64,000 nt of DNA from Octopus sinensis (GCF_006345805.1 NC_043024.1:3038001-3102000), one strand, 5' to 3'. Positions 12,472-26,686 are shown, numbered from the stretch's first letter. Program-made: numbers and translations. The notes: generated from the sequence alone by a model not told the origin.

Positions 12472-12655
12472 ACAATAAGACATTAATCCCCTTGATATCA
12501 GATCAATAACAATGGATTGTTATACTAAGATGTTAATCCTGTTCATAAGACATTAATCCTTATTGATGTTACATCATTAACAATAGATTATTTTCCGTGA
12601 TGTTAATCCTGTTGATAAGCCATTAATCTTATTGATGTTACATTTTGCTATAAAA
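12472..12655 (+). promoter_or_regulatory. Proximal promoter of the secreted-protein gene: 70-bp tandem repeat with a TAATCC cluster, and a TATA box
   Basis: TAATCC at 12484, 12534, 12554 and 12604, TAATCT at 12624, TATAAAA at 12649-12655 (62 bp upstream of the ATG). Confidence 0.6.
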
Positions 12656-12710
12656 GACCTGAAAACTACCAAAACTTCACCATTCTAACCAACCACAACA
12701 AAACTACAAC

Positions 12711-12762
12711 ATGCTGGCATATCTCTCCGCATTCTGCTTCTTTGTTGCTGCCATCTCAACAG
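12711..12762 (+). CDS. Novel secreted protein, exon 1 (signal peptide MLAYLSAFCFFVAAIST-G)
   Basis: ATG in caacATG context, hydrophobic stretch, phase-1 donor G|gtaaaa, upstream TATA box. Confidence 0.7.
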
Positions 12763-13369
12763 GTAAAAATGTCAAAGAATTCCTTAATACCATATTCCAC
12801 ATTTACCATATTTCTTTTATTCTTTTACACAATTCGTCATCATTATTTCTCTTATTCTTCATCTTCTTTCCTTATCTCTTGAAGTTTCTAAGTTTTAACT
12901 ACTTTATTATTACACACACACACACACATATATACTCTTTTACTCTTTTACTTGTTTCGGTCATTTGACTGCGGCCATGCTGGAGTACGGCCTTTAGTCG
13001 AGCAAATCGACCCCGGGACTTATTCTTTGGAAGCCCAGTACTTATTCTATCGGTCTCTTTTGCCGAACCGCTAAGTGACGGGGACGTAAACACACCAGCA
13101 TCGGTTGTCAAGCAATGCTAGGGGGACAAACACAGACACACAAACACACACATACATATATATATATATACATATATACAACAGGCTTCTTTCAGTTTCC
13201 ATCTACCAAATCCACTCACAAGGCTTTGGTCGGCCCGAGGCTATAGTAGAAGACACTTGCCCAAGATGCCATGCAGTGGGACTGAACCCGGAACCATGTG
13301 GTTGGTAAACAAGCTACTTATCACACAGCCACTCCTGCGCCTTTATATATTTTTTGAGAAGCAGAATTC

Positions 13370-13775
13370 TGTACATTATTTACATTGGACAGATATGTGT
13401 CCTCATCTTGTTTGTTGTTACCACAACGTTTCGGCTGATTTACTCTCCAGCCATCATCAGGTGTTCTGGTAGAGTTTTGAACCCAACCCTGGGTTCTCAT
13501 TCCTAAGGCAGCCCGTATGCCAGGACACAATAACCTCCTAAGCAAACCTAGTGCAGATATGAGTAGAATATGGGAACTGATATTAAGGGAGGATGCAAAA
13601 ATATTAGGTTTATAAGCCCTAAAGTTCACTCTTTAACTGCTCATGGGTTTATAGTGTAATGGTTAAGAGTGTGGGCTACTAACCCCAAGATTGCGAGTTT
13701 AATTCCAGGCAGTGCCTTGAATAAATAATAATAATAATAATAACATCAGCAAAAAGACCTTAGGAATGAGAACTG
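13370..13775 (+). mobile_element. Family D element: inverted hammerhead tail (13419-13466, -) plus tRNA-like head and truncated direct tail
   Basis: Minus strand reads aacac CTGATGA t ggctg gagagtaaat cagcc GAAAC GTT gtggt. Head at about 13645-13710. Confidence 0.65.
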
Positions 13776-15489
13776 TCATTCACACAGTGCTCTCTCTCCC
13801 TAGTATGAAGCTTCCTATCTCAGACACGTGAGCATGCGCACAACAGCCAAACACCACGTTGCTGGAACTGTGAAGCACACAGTACTATACAAAGATTTTT
13901 GTATTTTTTTCATAAACTGGGGGATGGCTACTGACATTGGGTTCAAATTTAACATTCTGTCAATGAAGTTCTGCTAGTTCCAAATAGGTATGTCTGGCTG
14001 ACATTCCTAGCTAATTTTTATTTTTACCACAGTCAGTCTTTTAAGACTTCATATCACTGTTTGTTCACTAAAATACTATATATTTTCTCAGTTCTTTCAT
14101 AAATCTAGCAATAATAGATAGATTATACTTCACTGAAGAGGTCAAATAATACTGAAACATACCCAGAGTTGTCACATTTGAAGCAAAGATCAGATTTACT
14201 CCCCAATAATTCTATTTTTATCCAATCTTAATTAAATCAATCTCATCTTCCATGTATTTCTCGATTACACTGAATTAATTAAAATTCCTCGCTTGATCAC
14301 ATTAATTATTTTAGGTATGGTTTTACTACATGTGATATAGCTGACCAGTGTAAATAATCTTTTATACTCTAAGCACAAGGCCCGAAATTTTCGTGGAGGG
14401 GGCCAGTTGATTAGATCTACCCTAGTACACAACTGGTACTTAATTTATCAACCCTGAAAGGATAAAAGGCAAAGTTGACCATGGCAGAATTTTAACTCAG
14501 AATGTAGCGGCAGACGAAATACCTATTTCTTTACTACCCACAAGGGGCTAAGCACAGAGATGACAAACAGGGACAAACAGACGGATTGAGTAGATTATAT
14601 CGACCCCAGTGCGTAACTGGTACTTATTTAATTGACCCCCGAAAGAATGAAGGGCAAAGTCGACCTCGGTGGAATTTGAACTCAGAACGTAGCGGCAGAC
14701 GAAATACCTATTTCTTTACTACCCACAAGGGGCTAAACACAGAGGGGACAAACAAGGACAGACAAACGGATTAAGTTGATTATTATATTGAGCCCCAGTG
14801 CATAACTGGTACTTAATTTATTGACCCCGAAAGGATGAAAGGCAAAGTCGACCTCGGCGGAATTTGAGCTCAGAACACAAAGACAGATGAAATACCGTTA
14901 AACATTTCGCCCGGCTTGTTAATGTTCTGCCAACTCACCACCTTAACCAGTGTATATAATGACAATCTTATTTAATATATTATCAATATATAATGACAAT
15001 CTTAGGCGCAGGAGTGGCTGCGCAGTAAGTAGCTTGCTAACCAACCACATGGTTTCGGGTTCAGTCCCACTGCGTGGCATCTTGGGCAAATGCCTTCTAC
15101 TATAGCCTCAGGCTGACCAAAGCCTTGTGAGTGGATTTGGTAGGCGGAAACTGAAAGAAGCCTGTTGTATATATGTATATATATATATCTGTGTTTGTCT
15201 CCCTAGCATTACTTGACAACCGATGCTGGTGTGTTTACGTCGCCATCACTTAGCGGTTCGGCAAAAGAGACCGACAGAATAAGTACTAGGCTTTACAAAA
15301 GAATAAGTCCCAGGGTCGAGCTGCTCGACTAAAGGCGGTGCTCCAGCATGGCCGCAGTCAAATGACTGAAACAAGTAAAAGAGTAAAAGAGTAAGAGTAA
15401 TCTTGTGAAATTAAATTTATCTCCTCCTTTGTGACATTACTATTTTACACAAGATACAACAACAACAACAACAAGATGTTATTCACACA

Positions 15490-16003
15490 TCTTTATATAT
15501 AAAACTGTAGTTGTGTGAGTGTCTGTCCCCTTCGATTTAGATTCCTAACTCCTCCCACATTTTGCGATGCAGTTTAACCATATTCGGGTATCTTATAGTC
15601 GTCATTCATATCGAGCCCGTCTGAGTATTAGCGCGCGTCTACGATGAGTCTACGATTTTAAAAATAATTTAACATCATTTTTTATTCCATTTTAATGCAT
15701 AATTTTTGGTGTGTCGATGGCGGCGGAGTTGGCGTCCATGGTCACACCTGCACCTGTTTGCTTCTCCCCCTTCTTCCCTCCCACGTGAAGCTGTGGGGAA
15801 GGGAGTGTAAGGAAATCAACGCTGTAAAGCGTTGTCAAGGAGACCAGCGTTCTTTTAGAACAACGACTTCATGGCTTGAAGACACCAAAACAGAAATGGC
15901 CTTAGAAAGCCCGAATTGGCATCTATAAGGGAAGTGACTCTCTAAAAATGCTTATATAGTTATTTCCCTTACAAACCCGAGCAACGCCGGGCGATACTGC
16001 TAG
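15490..16003 (+). mobile_element. Non-autonomous Helitron
   Basis: 5' a|TCtttatatataaaa, 3' hairpin cccgagcaacgccggg followed by CTAG|t, inserted between A and T. Sister copy at 49329-49829. Confidence 0.85.
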
Positions 16004-16096
16004 TTTCTTATAAATAAATAAAATAAACGAAGTCAATGTTTGTTTTATATATTTGTTTATTATTATTATTATTATTATTATTATTGTTTCTTCCAG

Positions 16097-16180
16097 GTGA
16101 CTGTCGCAGCTTTAGAACTATATTTGGCAATGCAAATCATCATTTTGAAGAATCCACTTCGGCTTTCCACATAATTCCTG
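16097..16180 (+). CDS. Novel secreted protein, exon 2 (GDCRSFRTIFGNANHHFEESTSAFHIIP)
   Basis: Acceptor ttgtttcttccag|, donor G|gtattt, 84 nt, phase 1-1, open frame. Confidence 0.65.
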
Positions 16181-18538
16181 GTATTTCTTTGCTATTGTTT
16201 TGTTTATTCTATATTCAAATATCAACACACACACACACACACATGGACTGCGGCCATGCTGGAGCACCGCTTTTAATCGAGCAACTCGACCCTGGGACTT
16301 GTTTTTTTTGTAAGCCCAGTACTTATTCTATCGGTCTCTTTTTGCCAAACCACTAAGTAACGGGGACATAAACACACCAGCATTGGTTGTCAATCAATGC
16401 TAGGGGGACAAACACAGACACACAAACACACACACATACATATATACGACGGGCTTCTTTCAGTTTCCGTCTACCAAATCCGCTCACAAGGCTTTGGTCG
16501 GCCTGAGGCTATAGTAGAAGACACTTGCCCAAGGTGCCACACAGTGGGACTCAACCCGGAACCATGTGGTTGGTAAACAAGCTACTTACCACACAGCCAC
16601 TCCTGCGCCTATTATGTATGTGTATTGTTATTTAATGTGTCCTTGCATGTTGGAATGAGTTTGGATAGTTTACCAGGGTCTGATGAAACACAAGACTGCA
16701 CCGAGTGCAAACATCCTGTTCTGGCATGGTTCTTATAGCTCAAAGCCCTTCCTAATGCCAGCCCCTCCAGAGAGTGTACAAGGTGCTTTTATTCATGACA
16801 CCAGCACAAGTGAAATGGTTCACAAAACAATGAAACGGCTTTCGACTGAATGGAGTAGCAGAAGAGAGGATGGTGGCTTTATGCTAAGTGTTGACTAACT
16901 AAAGTATGATAGACAAACAGACACAGGTCCCTTGTTATACAGGGACAAGCTCCATTCACATTGAAGGGTCAGCAATTCTTTATATGGCTGTCCACATCCA
17001 TACACATCACATGGCCAGACTAGCAGAATCTTCTCTCTTGCTCATTACATCTGATTCTGAATATGTCCAGTTTTTCTCTCTACACATCTGCACTGTGCAG
17101 TATATGCACACTGACATTCATAGAACATGCATCTCATCCAACCTAATCCCATTTCTGATTAATTGGGTTCTAACTCTTTCTGTAATTTTCATGATGTGAA
17201 CCAGCAAATTTTTTTCTGTGATTACTTCTATCTTTGTAAGAGTTTATCTATTGATCTCTTGAAGGTAATTGGTTATTTTCATGCAGTGGTGACTCATAGA
17301 TAAAATTAGTAGGGGGTGCTGATTCAGAAAATTATTAGCCATTGTTTTAATATTGTGTAAAAATCAACCATATTAAAAGAAAATTTATACATAAACTTGA
17401 TCGTCTTGTGTTTTAGCCAGTGCCAAATAGGTTGTTTAATTTGTTCACTGAACTCCACTACAAATTCTCCCCTTGTTTTTCAAAAATCTCCACTAAATCA
17501 CAAAATAAGGTTGGGGAGAAATGTGCCCAGTTTTTCAAATCCGGGCAGCAACACTGAAGCTGGAAGCAGGAATTTAATCTAATTCTAAACTTTATCACAT
17601 TCAAGAATGTAAACACGTTTTTAAGCACAACACATGTGGAATCAAAAAGAAACACTACCTCTCACCTGGAACTGTCATTCACACAGTGCTCTCTCTCCCT
17701 AGTGTGAAGCTTCCTATCTCAGACACGTGAGCATGCGCACAACAGCCAAACACCACATTGCTGGAACTGTGAAGCGCACAGTACTATACAAGGATTTTTG
17801 TATTTTTTTCATAAATTGGGGGATGGCTACTGACATTAAGCTTAAGGATCATATAATGTACAAGTATAAAGGAATTACAACCGTATTTCGTGGTCTGCTA
17901 CCACAACAGCTCCTTTATAGGATCCATTTAGCTCAAGACATCATCAGGAGGAACCACGTCCAGTTTCGGCCCCTACTCCTCTACCGTTTTGACGTGGCGG
18001 GCCCCCACCTTTTGGAGGTGTCTTCAGCTCTGGTGTTGGGTGCATGTCTTCTTTCTTCTTCTTCTTTCTTCTGTTCCTTGGCCTCTTCGATGTATCATCA
18101 GCGAGTGTCAGTCGGTGACTGACTGTCTTGTCAAATTTCTCCCTTTAAATACCTGACCTGCCACATAGGCTCCAGCAGGCAGCCCCCAGCAAGTTGTCAC
18201 GTGACACTGTCTCACCTTAACTGACTAGTGAAGGCGCGTAGTTTTAGCCCGTGCTTTTTCTAAATGACTGTCACCTGTCAGTTTAGACAGAATAAAGAAA
18301 GAATTAAAGGAAAAAGGACCCCTTATATTGAATGATATTGATAATATCAAGGGATAATAGGGGTGAGGCTGTAGTCCTGCAGTGCCTATACATGATCTAC
18401 CACTGTTTTCATGACATTGTTTTATAAACTATTAATTATTGATCACTCTCTAAACATATTGGTTCCTGTTATTACACAGCTCTATAAACTACAAATCTAA
18501 ACCACCTGATATTATTTCTCCTTGTTGTTTCGTTACAG

Positions 18539-18637
18539 AGTGTTTCGATGGTGGCAAAGCATACCCTGTAGGAGAGATCTTTCATACCGAGAGGGGAGAC
18601 TGCATGTGCGGTCCTGATCATGGGCTTCACTGCGACG
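18539..18637 (+). CDS. Novel secreted protein, exon 3: 4-Cys module 1 (ECFDGGKAYPVGEIFHTERGDCMCGPDHGLHCD)
   Basis: Acceptor ttgttgtttcgttacag|, donor G|gtaagt, 99 nt, phase 1-1. The C-x19-CxC-x7-C pattern with Y-x2-GE-x-F is VWC/FnI-like. Confidence 0.85.
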
Positions 18638-19341
18638 GTAAGTTAATTAATTAATCGTTATTTTTTCCTTCATTAAATAGCTGATGTCTTTCAAACAACT
18701 TGCACATGCAAGTGCTACCAGTCAAAAGCTCCGTATACTGGAAGCCAGCAAGTGTATGGGGTCATCAGGAGAGAATGTGTGCCGTTTCGGGGCCTACCTC
18801 TCAACGGCATCAATGCGCACTGGCCCCCCTCACTGATATGAGGCCCCACTTGCTAGATCAGCAAATTTCAAATCTTAGTTTTGGTAAAACAAGTTGGAGA
18901 CATTCCAATCAAATCAATACTTTTAATTAAGCTATTGATGAGGCGGGAAGCTGACAAAAACGTTAGCACACCGAGCGAAATGCGTAGCCGTATTTCGCTT
19001 GCCGTTACGTTCTGAGTTCAAATTCCGCCGAGGTCAACTTTGCCTTTCATCCTTTCGGGGTCGATAAATAAAGTACCAGTTTCGCACTGGGGTCGATATA
19101 ATCGACTCAATCCCTTTGTCTGTCCTAGTTTCTCCCCTTGTGGGCAATAAAGAAATATATTGATGAGTATTGATTTGTCAAGGAGACAAATATTTGAGAA
19201 TATTTCCTCACTTTTGTATGACATAGCTATTAATTGATTTATCAATACTTTCTGTTCATAAAATTATATATTCATTTGATAATTACGATTAATTTTAACT
19301 TGATTAAACTCAAATTTACTTAATTCTTCTTCTCCTTTCAG

Positions 19342-19419
19342 AACATATAGATACTTCACCTCCCCCCACATCACCTGGTTATGTCAGTGATAGAATGTCA
19401 GTACCAACCGCAGTAGCCG
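19342..19419 (+). CDS. Novel secreted protein, exon 4: Pro/Ser/Thr linker (EHIDTSPPPTSPGYVSDRMSVPTAVA)
   Basis: Acceptor ttcttcttctcctttcag|, donor G|gtaatt, 78 nt, phase 1-1. Confidence 0.75.
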
Positions 19420-19557
19420 GTAATTTACAGGTCAAACATTGACCGTTATGATTTGTTATGTATGGGATTTGTGTATGTTATGTTGATAACACCTATAGCA
19501 AGTAATTATAATTTGCCTAAGATTAATTGGAACAAATAATTAATTTGTAATCATTGA

Positions 19558-20900
19558 TTTTAATTTACTTTGAATTAATTGGAACACATAATTAATACTT
19601 AATCATTTTATAATGTCTAATTTTAATTTACTTTGAATTAATTGGAACAGATAATTAATTCTTAATCATTTTATAATGTCTAATTTTAATTTACTTTGAA
19701 TTAATTGGAACAGATAATTAATTCTTAATCATTTTATAATGTCTAATTTTAATTTACTTTGAATTAATTGGAACACATAATTAATTCGTTATCATTTTAT
19801 AATGTCTAATTTTAATTTACTTTGAATTAATTGGAACACATAATTAATTCGTTATCGTTTTATAATGTCTAATTTTAATTTACTTTGAATTAATTGGAAC
19901 ACATAATTAATTCGTTATCATTTTATAATGTCTAATTTTAATTTACTTTGAATTAATTGGAACGCATAATTAATTCGTTTTCGTTTTATAATGTCTAATT
20001 TTAATTTACTTTGAATTAATTGGAACACATAATTAATTCGTTATCGTTTTATAATGTCTAATTTTAATTTACTTTGAATTAATTGGAACACATAATTAAT
20101 TCGTTATCGTTTTATAATGTCTAATTTTAATTTACTTTGAATTAATTGGAACACATAATTAATTCGTTATCGTTTTATAATGTCTAATTTTATTTACTTT
20201 GAATTAATTGGAACACATAATTAATTCGTTATCATTTTATAATGTCTAATTTTAATTTACTTTGAATTAATTGGAACACATAATTAATTCGTTATCATTT
20301 TATAATGTCTAATTTTAATTCACTTTGAATTAATTGGAACACATAATTAATTCGTTATCGTTTTATAATGTCTAATTTTAATTTACTTTGAATTAATTGG
20401 AACACATAATTAATTCGTTATCGTTTTATAATGTCTAATTTTATTTACTTTGAATTAATTGGAACACATAATTAATTCGTTATCATTTTATAATGTCTAA
20501 TTTTAATTTACTTTGAATTAATTGGAACACATAATAAATTCGTTATCATTTTATAATGTCTAATTTTAATTTACTTTGAATTAATTGGAACACATAATTA
20601 ATTCGTTATCATTTTATAATGTCTAATTTTAATTTACTTTGAATTAATTGGAACACATAATTAATTCGTTATCATTTTATAATGTCTAATTTTAATTTAC
20701 TTTGAATTAATTGGAACACATAATTAATTCGTTATCATTTTATAATGTCTAATTTTAATTTACTTTGAATTAATTGGAACAGATAATTAATTCTTAATCA
20801 TTTTATAATGTCTAATTTTAATTTACTTTGAATTAATTGGAACACATAATTAATTCGTTATCATTTTATAATGTCTAATTTTAATTTACTTTGAATTAAT
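19558..20900. repeat. AT-rich 63-bp minisatellite, about 21 copies
   Basis: Unit ttttaatttactttgaattaattggaacacataattaattcgttatcattttataatgtctaa. Only about 1.5 copies occur at the homologous site in unit B (about 25375-25460). Confidence 0.95.
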
Positions 20901-22129
20901 CGTAGCAGATAATTAATCCTTAATAATTATATATGTTGACTGCTTTTATACTGTCTAATTTTAATTCATAATGAAAATTAATTCTTAACGATTATGCAAG
21001 TATAATGATTATGCAAGGACCCGTATTTGAGTTCTTAGTGACTTAGAACCCAAAATGGGTACAAACTGGTAAACCCTGATTTTTTCCTCTTTGACTTCCA
21101 AAACAATTCTTTCATATGATGGATACATCAAAACCTGTTATATGTTAATTCTTACTCGCTGTAACAAAAATATTAAACATTCCCTAAAATATACCGCTGT
21201 GCTTTTTCCAACTTTATTCACTTTTTTTAATCTATATATACATGTATATATGCATATATATTTGCATGTGTGTGTACGTGTACACACATATATATATAGG
21301 CGCAGGAGTGGCAGTGTGGTAAGTAGCTTGCTTACCAACTACATTGTTCTGGGTTCAGTCCTACTGCGTGGCGCCTTGGGCAAGTGTCTTCTACTATAGC
21401 CTCAGGTCGACCAAAGCCTTGTGAGTGGATTTGGTAGACGGAAACTGAAAAGAAGCCCGTCGTATATATGTATATATATATGTATGTATGTGTGTGTGTT
21501 TGTGGGTCTGTGTTTGTCCCCATGGCATTGCTTGACAACCGATGCTGGTGTGTTTATGTCCCCGTCACTTAGCGGTTCGGCAAAAGAGACCGGTAGAATA
21601 AGTACTGGGCTTACAAAAAGAATAAGTCCCGGAGTCGAGTTGCTCGATTAAAAGGCGGTGCTCCAGCATGGCCGCAGTCAAATGACTGAAACAAGTAAAA
21701 GAGTAAAGAATAAAAGAGTATATATATGTGTGTGTTTTTCAATTTGTTTTGCTTTCGTTGAAAAAATGGTTTTTGTCTATAGAAAAGCTGTTGGTTATTC
21801 CGTTTGCTTGTTTAGAAAATTCGTTCATATACGGTTCCGCTCCGCTCCCCCCCCTACACTTACCATTATAGATACATTTACAGACACAGCATAGAATGTA
21901 ATACATGATACGATATACGAAGAAATGTGTCATCTGTTGATCGATGGCGTTCATTTCACGCCATCCTGGGTCTGAGCACCGACTGTTACCCAAATCTTCT
22001 ACTGTTTGTCTTGGAGTAACTAAACTATGGTAGAAGAACAGACACAGGTCTCTCGTTCCTGGTATTTCTTTGTTATTGTTATTTTTATTCTATATTCAAA
22101 TATCAAGACACACACACACACACACACAA

Positions 22130-22251
<122 letters not shown>

Positions 22252-22355
22252 TTGTTAGCTGAATTTTTTCCTTGAGAACTTTTCTTAGTGGTAAGACCAT
22301 AGCAGATCTATTTCTAGCATAAGGGTGTCCACATAGTGGTCATTCCACTCATACA

Positions 22356-22395
<40 letters not shown>

Positions 22396-24353
22396 CGTGC
22401 ATATATATGTAAACGTGTATTATTATTTAATGTGTCCTTGCATGTTGGAATGAGTTTGATGATTTACCAGGGTCTGATGAAACACAAGACTGCACTGAGT
22501 GCAAGTATCCTGTTCTGGCATGGTTCTTATAGCTCAAAGCCCTTCCTAATGCCAGCCCCTCCAGAGAGTGTAGAAGGTGCTTTTATTCATGACACCAGCA
22601 CAAGTGAAATGGTTCACAAAACAATGAAACGGCTTTCGACTGAATGGAGTAGCAGAAGAGAGGATGGTGGCTTTATGCTAAGTGTTGACTAACTAAAGTA
22701 TGATAGACGAACAGACACAGGTCCCTTGTTATACAGGGACAAGCTCCATTCACATTGAAGGGTCAGCAATTCTTTATATGGCTGTCCACGTCCATAAACA
22801 TCACATGGCCAGACCAGCAGAATCTTCTCTCTTGCTCATTACATCTGATTCTACATATGTCCAGTTTTTCTCTCTACACATCTGCACTGTGCAGTATATG
22901 CACTGTGCAGTATATGCACACTGACATTCATAGAACATGCATCTCATCCAACCTAATCCCATTTCTGATTAATTGGGTTCTAACTCTTTCTGTAATTTTC
23001 ATTATGTGAACCAGCAAATTTTTTTTTTACCTGTGATTACTTCTACCTTTGTAAGAGTTTATCTATTGATCTCTTGAAGGTAATTGGTTATTTTCATGCA
23101 GTGGTGACTCATAGATAAAATTAGTAGGGGGTGCTGATTCAGAAAATTATTAGCCATTGTTTTAATATTGTGTAAAAATCAACCATATTAAAAGAAAATT
23201 TATACATAAACTTGATCGTCTTGTGTTTTAGCCAGTGCCAAATAGGTTGTTTAATTTGTTCACTGAACTCCACTACAAATTCTCCCCTTGTTTTTCAAAA
23301 ATCTCCACTAAATCACAAAATAAGGTTGGGGAGAAATGTGCCCAGTTTTTCAAATCCGGGCAGCAACACTGAAGCTGGAAGCAGGAATTTAATCTAATTC
23401 TAAACTTTATCACATTCAAGAATGTAAACACGTTTTTAAGCACAACACATGTGGAATCAAAAAGAAACACTGCCTCTCACCTGGAACTGTCATTCACACA
23501 GTGCTCTCTCTCCCTAGTGTGAAGCTTCCTATCTCAGACACGTGAGCATGCGCACAACAGCCAAACACCACATTGCTGGAACTGTGAAGCGCACAGTACT
23601 ATACAAGGATTTTTGTATTTTTTTCATAAATTGGGGGATGGCTACTGACATTAAGCTTAAGGATCATATAATGTACAAGTATAAAGGAATTACAACCGTA
23701 TTTCGTGGTCTGCTACCACAACAGCTCCTTTATAGGATCCATTTAGCTCAAGACATCATCAGGAGGAACCACGTCCAGTTTCGGCCCCTACTCCTCTACC
23801 GTTTTGACGTGGCGGGCCCCCACCTTTCGGAGGTGTCTTCAGCTCTGGTGTTGGGTGCATGTCTTCTTTCTTCTTCTTCTTTCTTCTGTTCCTTGGCCTC
23901 TTCAATGTATCATCAGCGAGTGTCAGTCGGTGACTGACTGTCTTGTCAAATTTCTCCCTTTAAATACCTGACCTGCCGCATAGGCTCCAGCAGGCAGCCC
24001 CCAGCAAGTTGTCACGTGACACTGTCTCACCTTAACTGACTAGTGAAGGCGCGTAGTTTTAGCCCGTGCTTTTTCTAAATGACTGTCACCTGTCAGTTTA
24101 GACAGAATAAAGAAAGAATTAAAGGAAAAAGGACCCCTTATATTGAATGATATTGATAATATCAAGGGATAATAGGGGTGAGGCTGTAGTCCTGCAGTGC
24201 CTATACATGATCTACCACTGTTTTCATGACATTGTTTTATAAACTATTAATTATTGATCACTCTCTAAACATATTGGTTCCTGTTATTACACAGCTCTAT
24301 AAACTACAAATCTAAACCACCTGATATTATTTCTCCTTGTTGTTTCGTTACAG

Positions 24354-24452
24354 AGTGTTTCGATGGTGGCAAAGCATACCCTGTAGGAGAGATCTTTCAT
24401 ACCGAGAGGGGAGACTGCATGTGCGGTCCTGATCATGGGCTTCACTGCGAGG
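24354..24452 (+). CDS. Novel secreted protein, exon 5: 4-Cys module 2 (copy of exon 3, ending ...LHCE)
   Basis: 99 nt, same splice sites as exon 3, one substitution (GAC to GAG). Confidence 0.8.
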
Positions 24453-25156
24453 GTAAGTTAATTAATTAATCGTTATTTTTTCCTTCATTAAATAGCTGAT
24501 GTCTTGCAAACAACTTGCACATGCAAGTGCTACCAGTCAAAAGCTCCGTATACTGGAAGCCAGCAAGTGTATGGGGTCATCAGGAGAGAATGTGTGCCGT
24601 TTCGGGGCCTACCTCTCAACGGCATCAATGCGCACTGGCCCCCCTCACTGATATGAGGCCCCACTTGCTAGATCAGCAAATTTCAAATCTTAGTTTTGGT
24701 AAAACAAGTTGGAGACATTCCAATCAAATCAATACTTTTAATTAAGCTATTGATGAGGCGGGAAGCTGACAAAAACGTTAGCACACCGAGCGAAATGCGT
24801 AGCCGTATTTCGCTTGCCGTTACGTTCTGAGTTCAAATTCCGCCGAGGTCAACTTTGCCTTTCATCCTTTCGGGGTCGATAAATAAAGTACCAGTTTCGC
24901 ACTGGGGTCGATATAATCGACTCAATCCCTTTGTCTGTCCTAGTTTCTCCCCTTGTGGGCAATAAAGAAATATATTGATGAGTATTGATTTGTCAAGGAG
25001 ACAAATATTTGAGAATATTTCCTCACTTTTGTATGACATAGCTATTAATTGATTTATCAATACTTTCTGTTCATAAAATTATATATTCATTTGATAATTA
25101 CGATTAATTTTAACTTGATTAAACTCAAATTTACTTAATTCTTCTTCTCCTTTCAG

Positions 25157-25234
25157 AACATATAGATACTTCACCTCCCCCCACATCACCTGGTTATGTC
25201 AGTGATAGAATGTCAGTACCAACCGCAGTAGCCG
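25157..25234 (+). CDS. Novel secreted protein, exon 6: linker copy 2
   Basis: Matches exon 4, with intact splice sites. Confidence 0.7.
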
Positions 25235-26686
25235 GTAATTTACAGGTCAAACATTGACCGTTATGATTTGTTATGTATGGGATTTGTGTATGTTATGTTG
25301 ATAACACCTATAGCAAGTAATTATAATTTGCCTAAGATTAATTGGAACAAATAATTAATTTGTAATCATTGATTTTAATTTACTTTGAATTAATTGGAAC
25401 ACATAATTAATACTTAATCATTTTATAATGTCTAATTTTAATTTACTTTGAATTAATCGTAGCAGATAATTAATCCTTAATAATTATATATGTTGACTGC
25501 TTTTATACTGTCTAATTTTAATTCATAATGAAAATTAATTCTTAATGATTATGCAAGTATAATGATTATGCAAGGACCCGTATTTGAGTTCTTAGTGACT
25601 TAGAACCCAAAATGGGTACAAACTGGTAAACCCTGATTTTTTCCTCTTTGACTTCCAAAACAATTCTTTCATATGATGGATACATCAAAACCTGTTATAT
25701 GTTAATTCTTACTCGCTGTAACAAAAATATTAAACATTCCCTAAAATATACCGTTCTGCCTTTTCCAACTTTATTCACTTTTTTTAATCTATATATACAT
25801 GTATATATGCATATATATTTGCATGTGTGTGTACGTGTACACACATATATATATAGGCGCAGGAGTGGCAGTGTGGTAAGTAGCTTGCTTACCAACTACA
25901 TAGTTCTGGGTTCAGTCCCACTGCGTGGCACCTTGGGCAAGTGTCTTCTACTATAGCCTCGGGTCGACCAAAGCCTTGTGAGTGGATTTGGTAGACGGAA
26001 ACTGAAAAGAAGCCCGTCGTATATATGTATATATATATGTATGTATGTGTGTGTGTTTGTGGGTCTGTGTTTGTCCCCATGGCATTGCTTGACAACCGAT
26101 GCTGGTGTGTTTATGTCCCCGTCACTTAGCGGTTCGGCAAAAGAGACCGGTAGAATAAGTACTGGGCTTACAAAAAGAATAAGTCCCGGAGTCGAGTTGC
26201 TCGATTAAAAGGCGGTGCTCCAGCATGGCCGCAGTCAAATGACTGAAACAAGTAAAAGAGTAAAGAATAAAAGAGTATATATATGTGTGTGTTTTTCAAT
26301 TTGTTTTGCTTTCGTTGAAAAAATGGTTTTTGTCTATAGAAAAGCTGTTGGTTATTCAGTTTGCTTGTTTAGAAAATTCCTTCATATACGGTTCCGCTCC
26401 GCTCCACCCCCTACACTTACCATTATAGATACATTTACAGACACAGCATAGAATGTAATACATGATACGATATACAAAGAAATGTGTCATCTGTTGATCG
26501 ATGGCGTTCATTTCACGCCATCCTGGGTCTGAGCACCGACTGTTACCCAAATCTTCTACTGTTTGTCTTGGAGTAACTAAACTATGGTAGAAGAACAGAC
26601 ACAGGTCTGTCGTTCCTGGTATTTCTTTGTTATTGTTTTTTTTATTCTATATTCAAATATCAAGACACACACACACACACACACAA

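Noticed and set aside
17870-18290. CTGANGA...GAAA motifs on the minus strand in the intronic insert (also in unit B)
   Set aside because: I could not build stems I-III adjacent to the core; possibly a decayed element, but not supportable as a ribozyme.
19558-20900. CRISPR-like regular repeat array
   Set aside because: Contiguous tandem units with no unique spacers, no cas genes, eukaryotic context.
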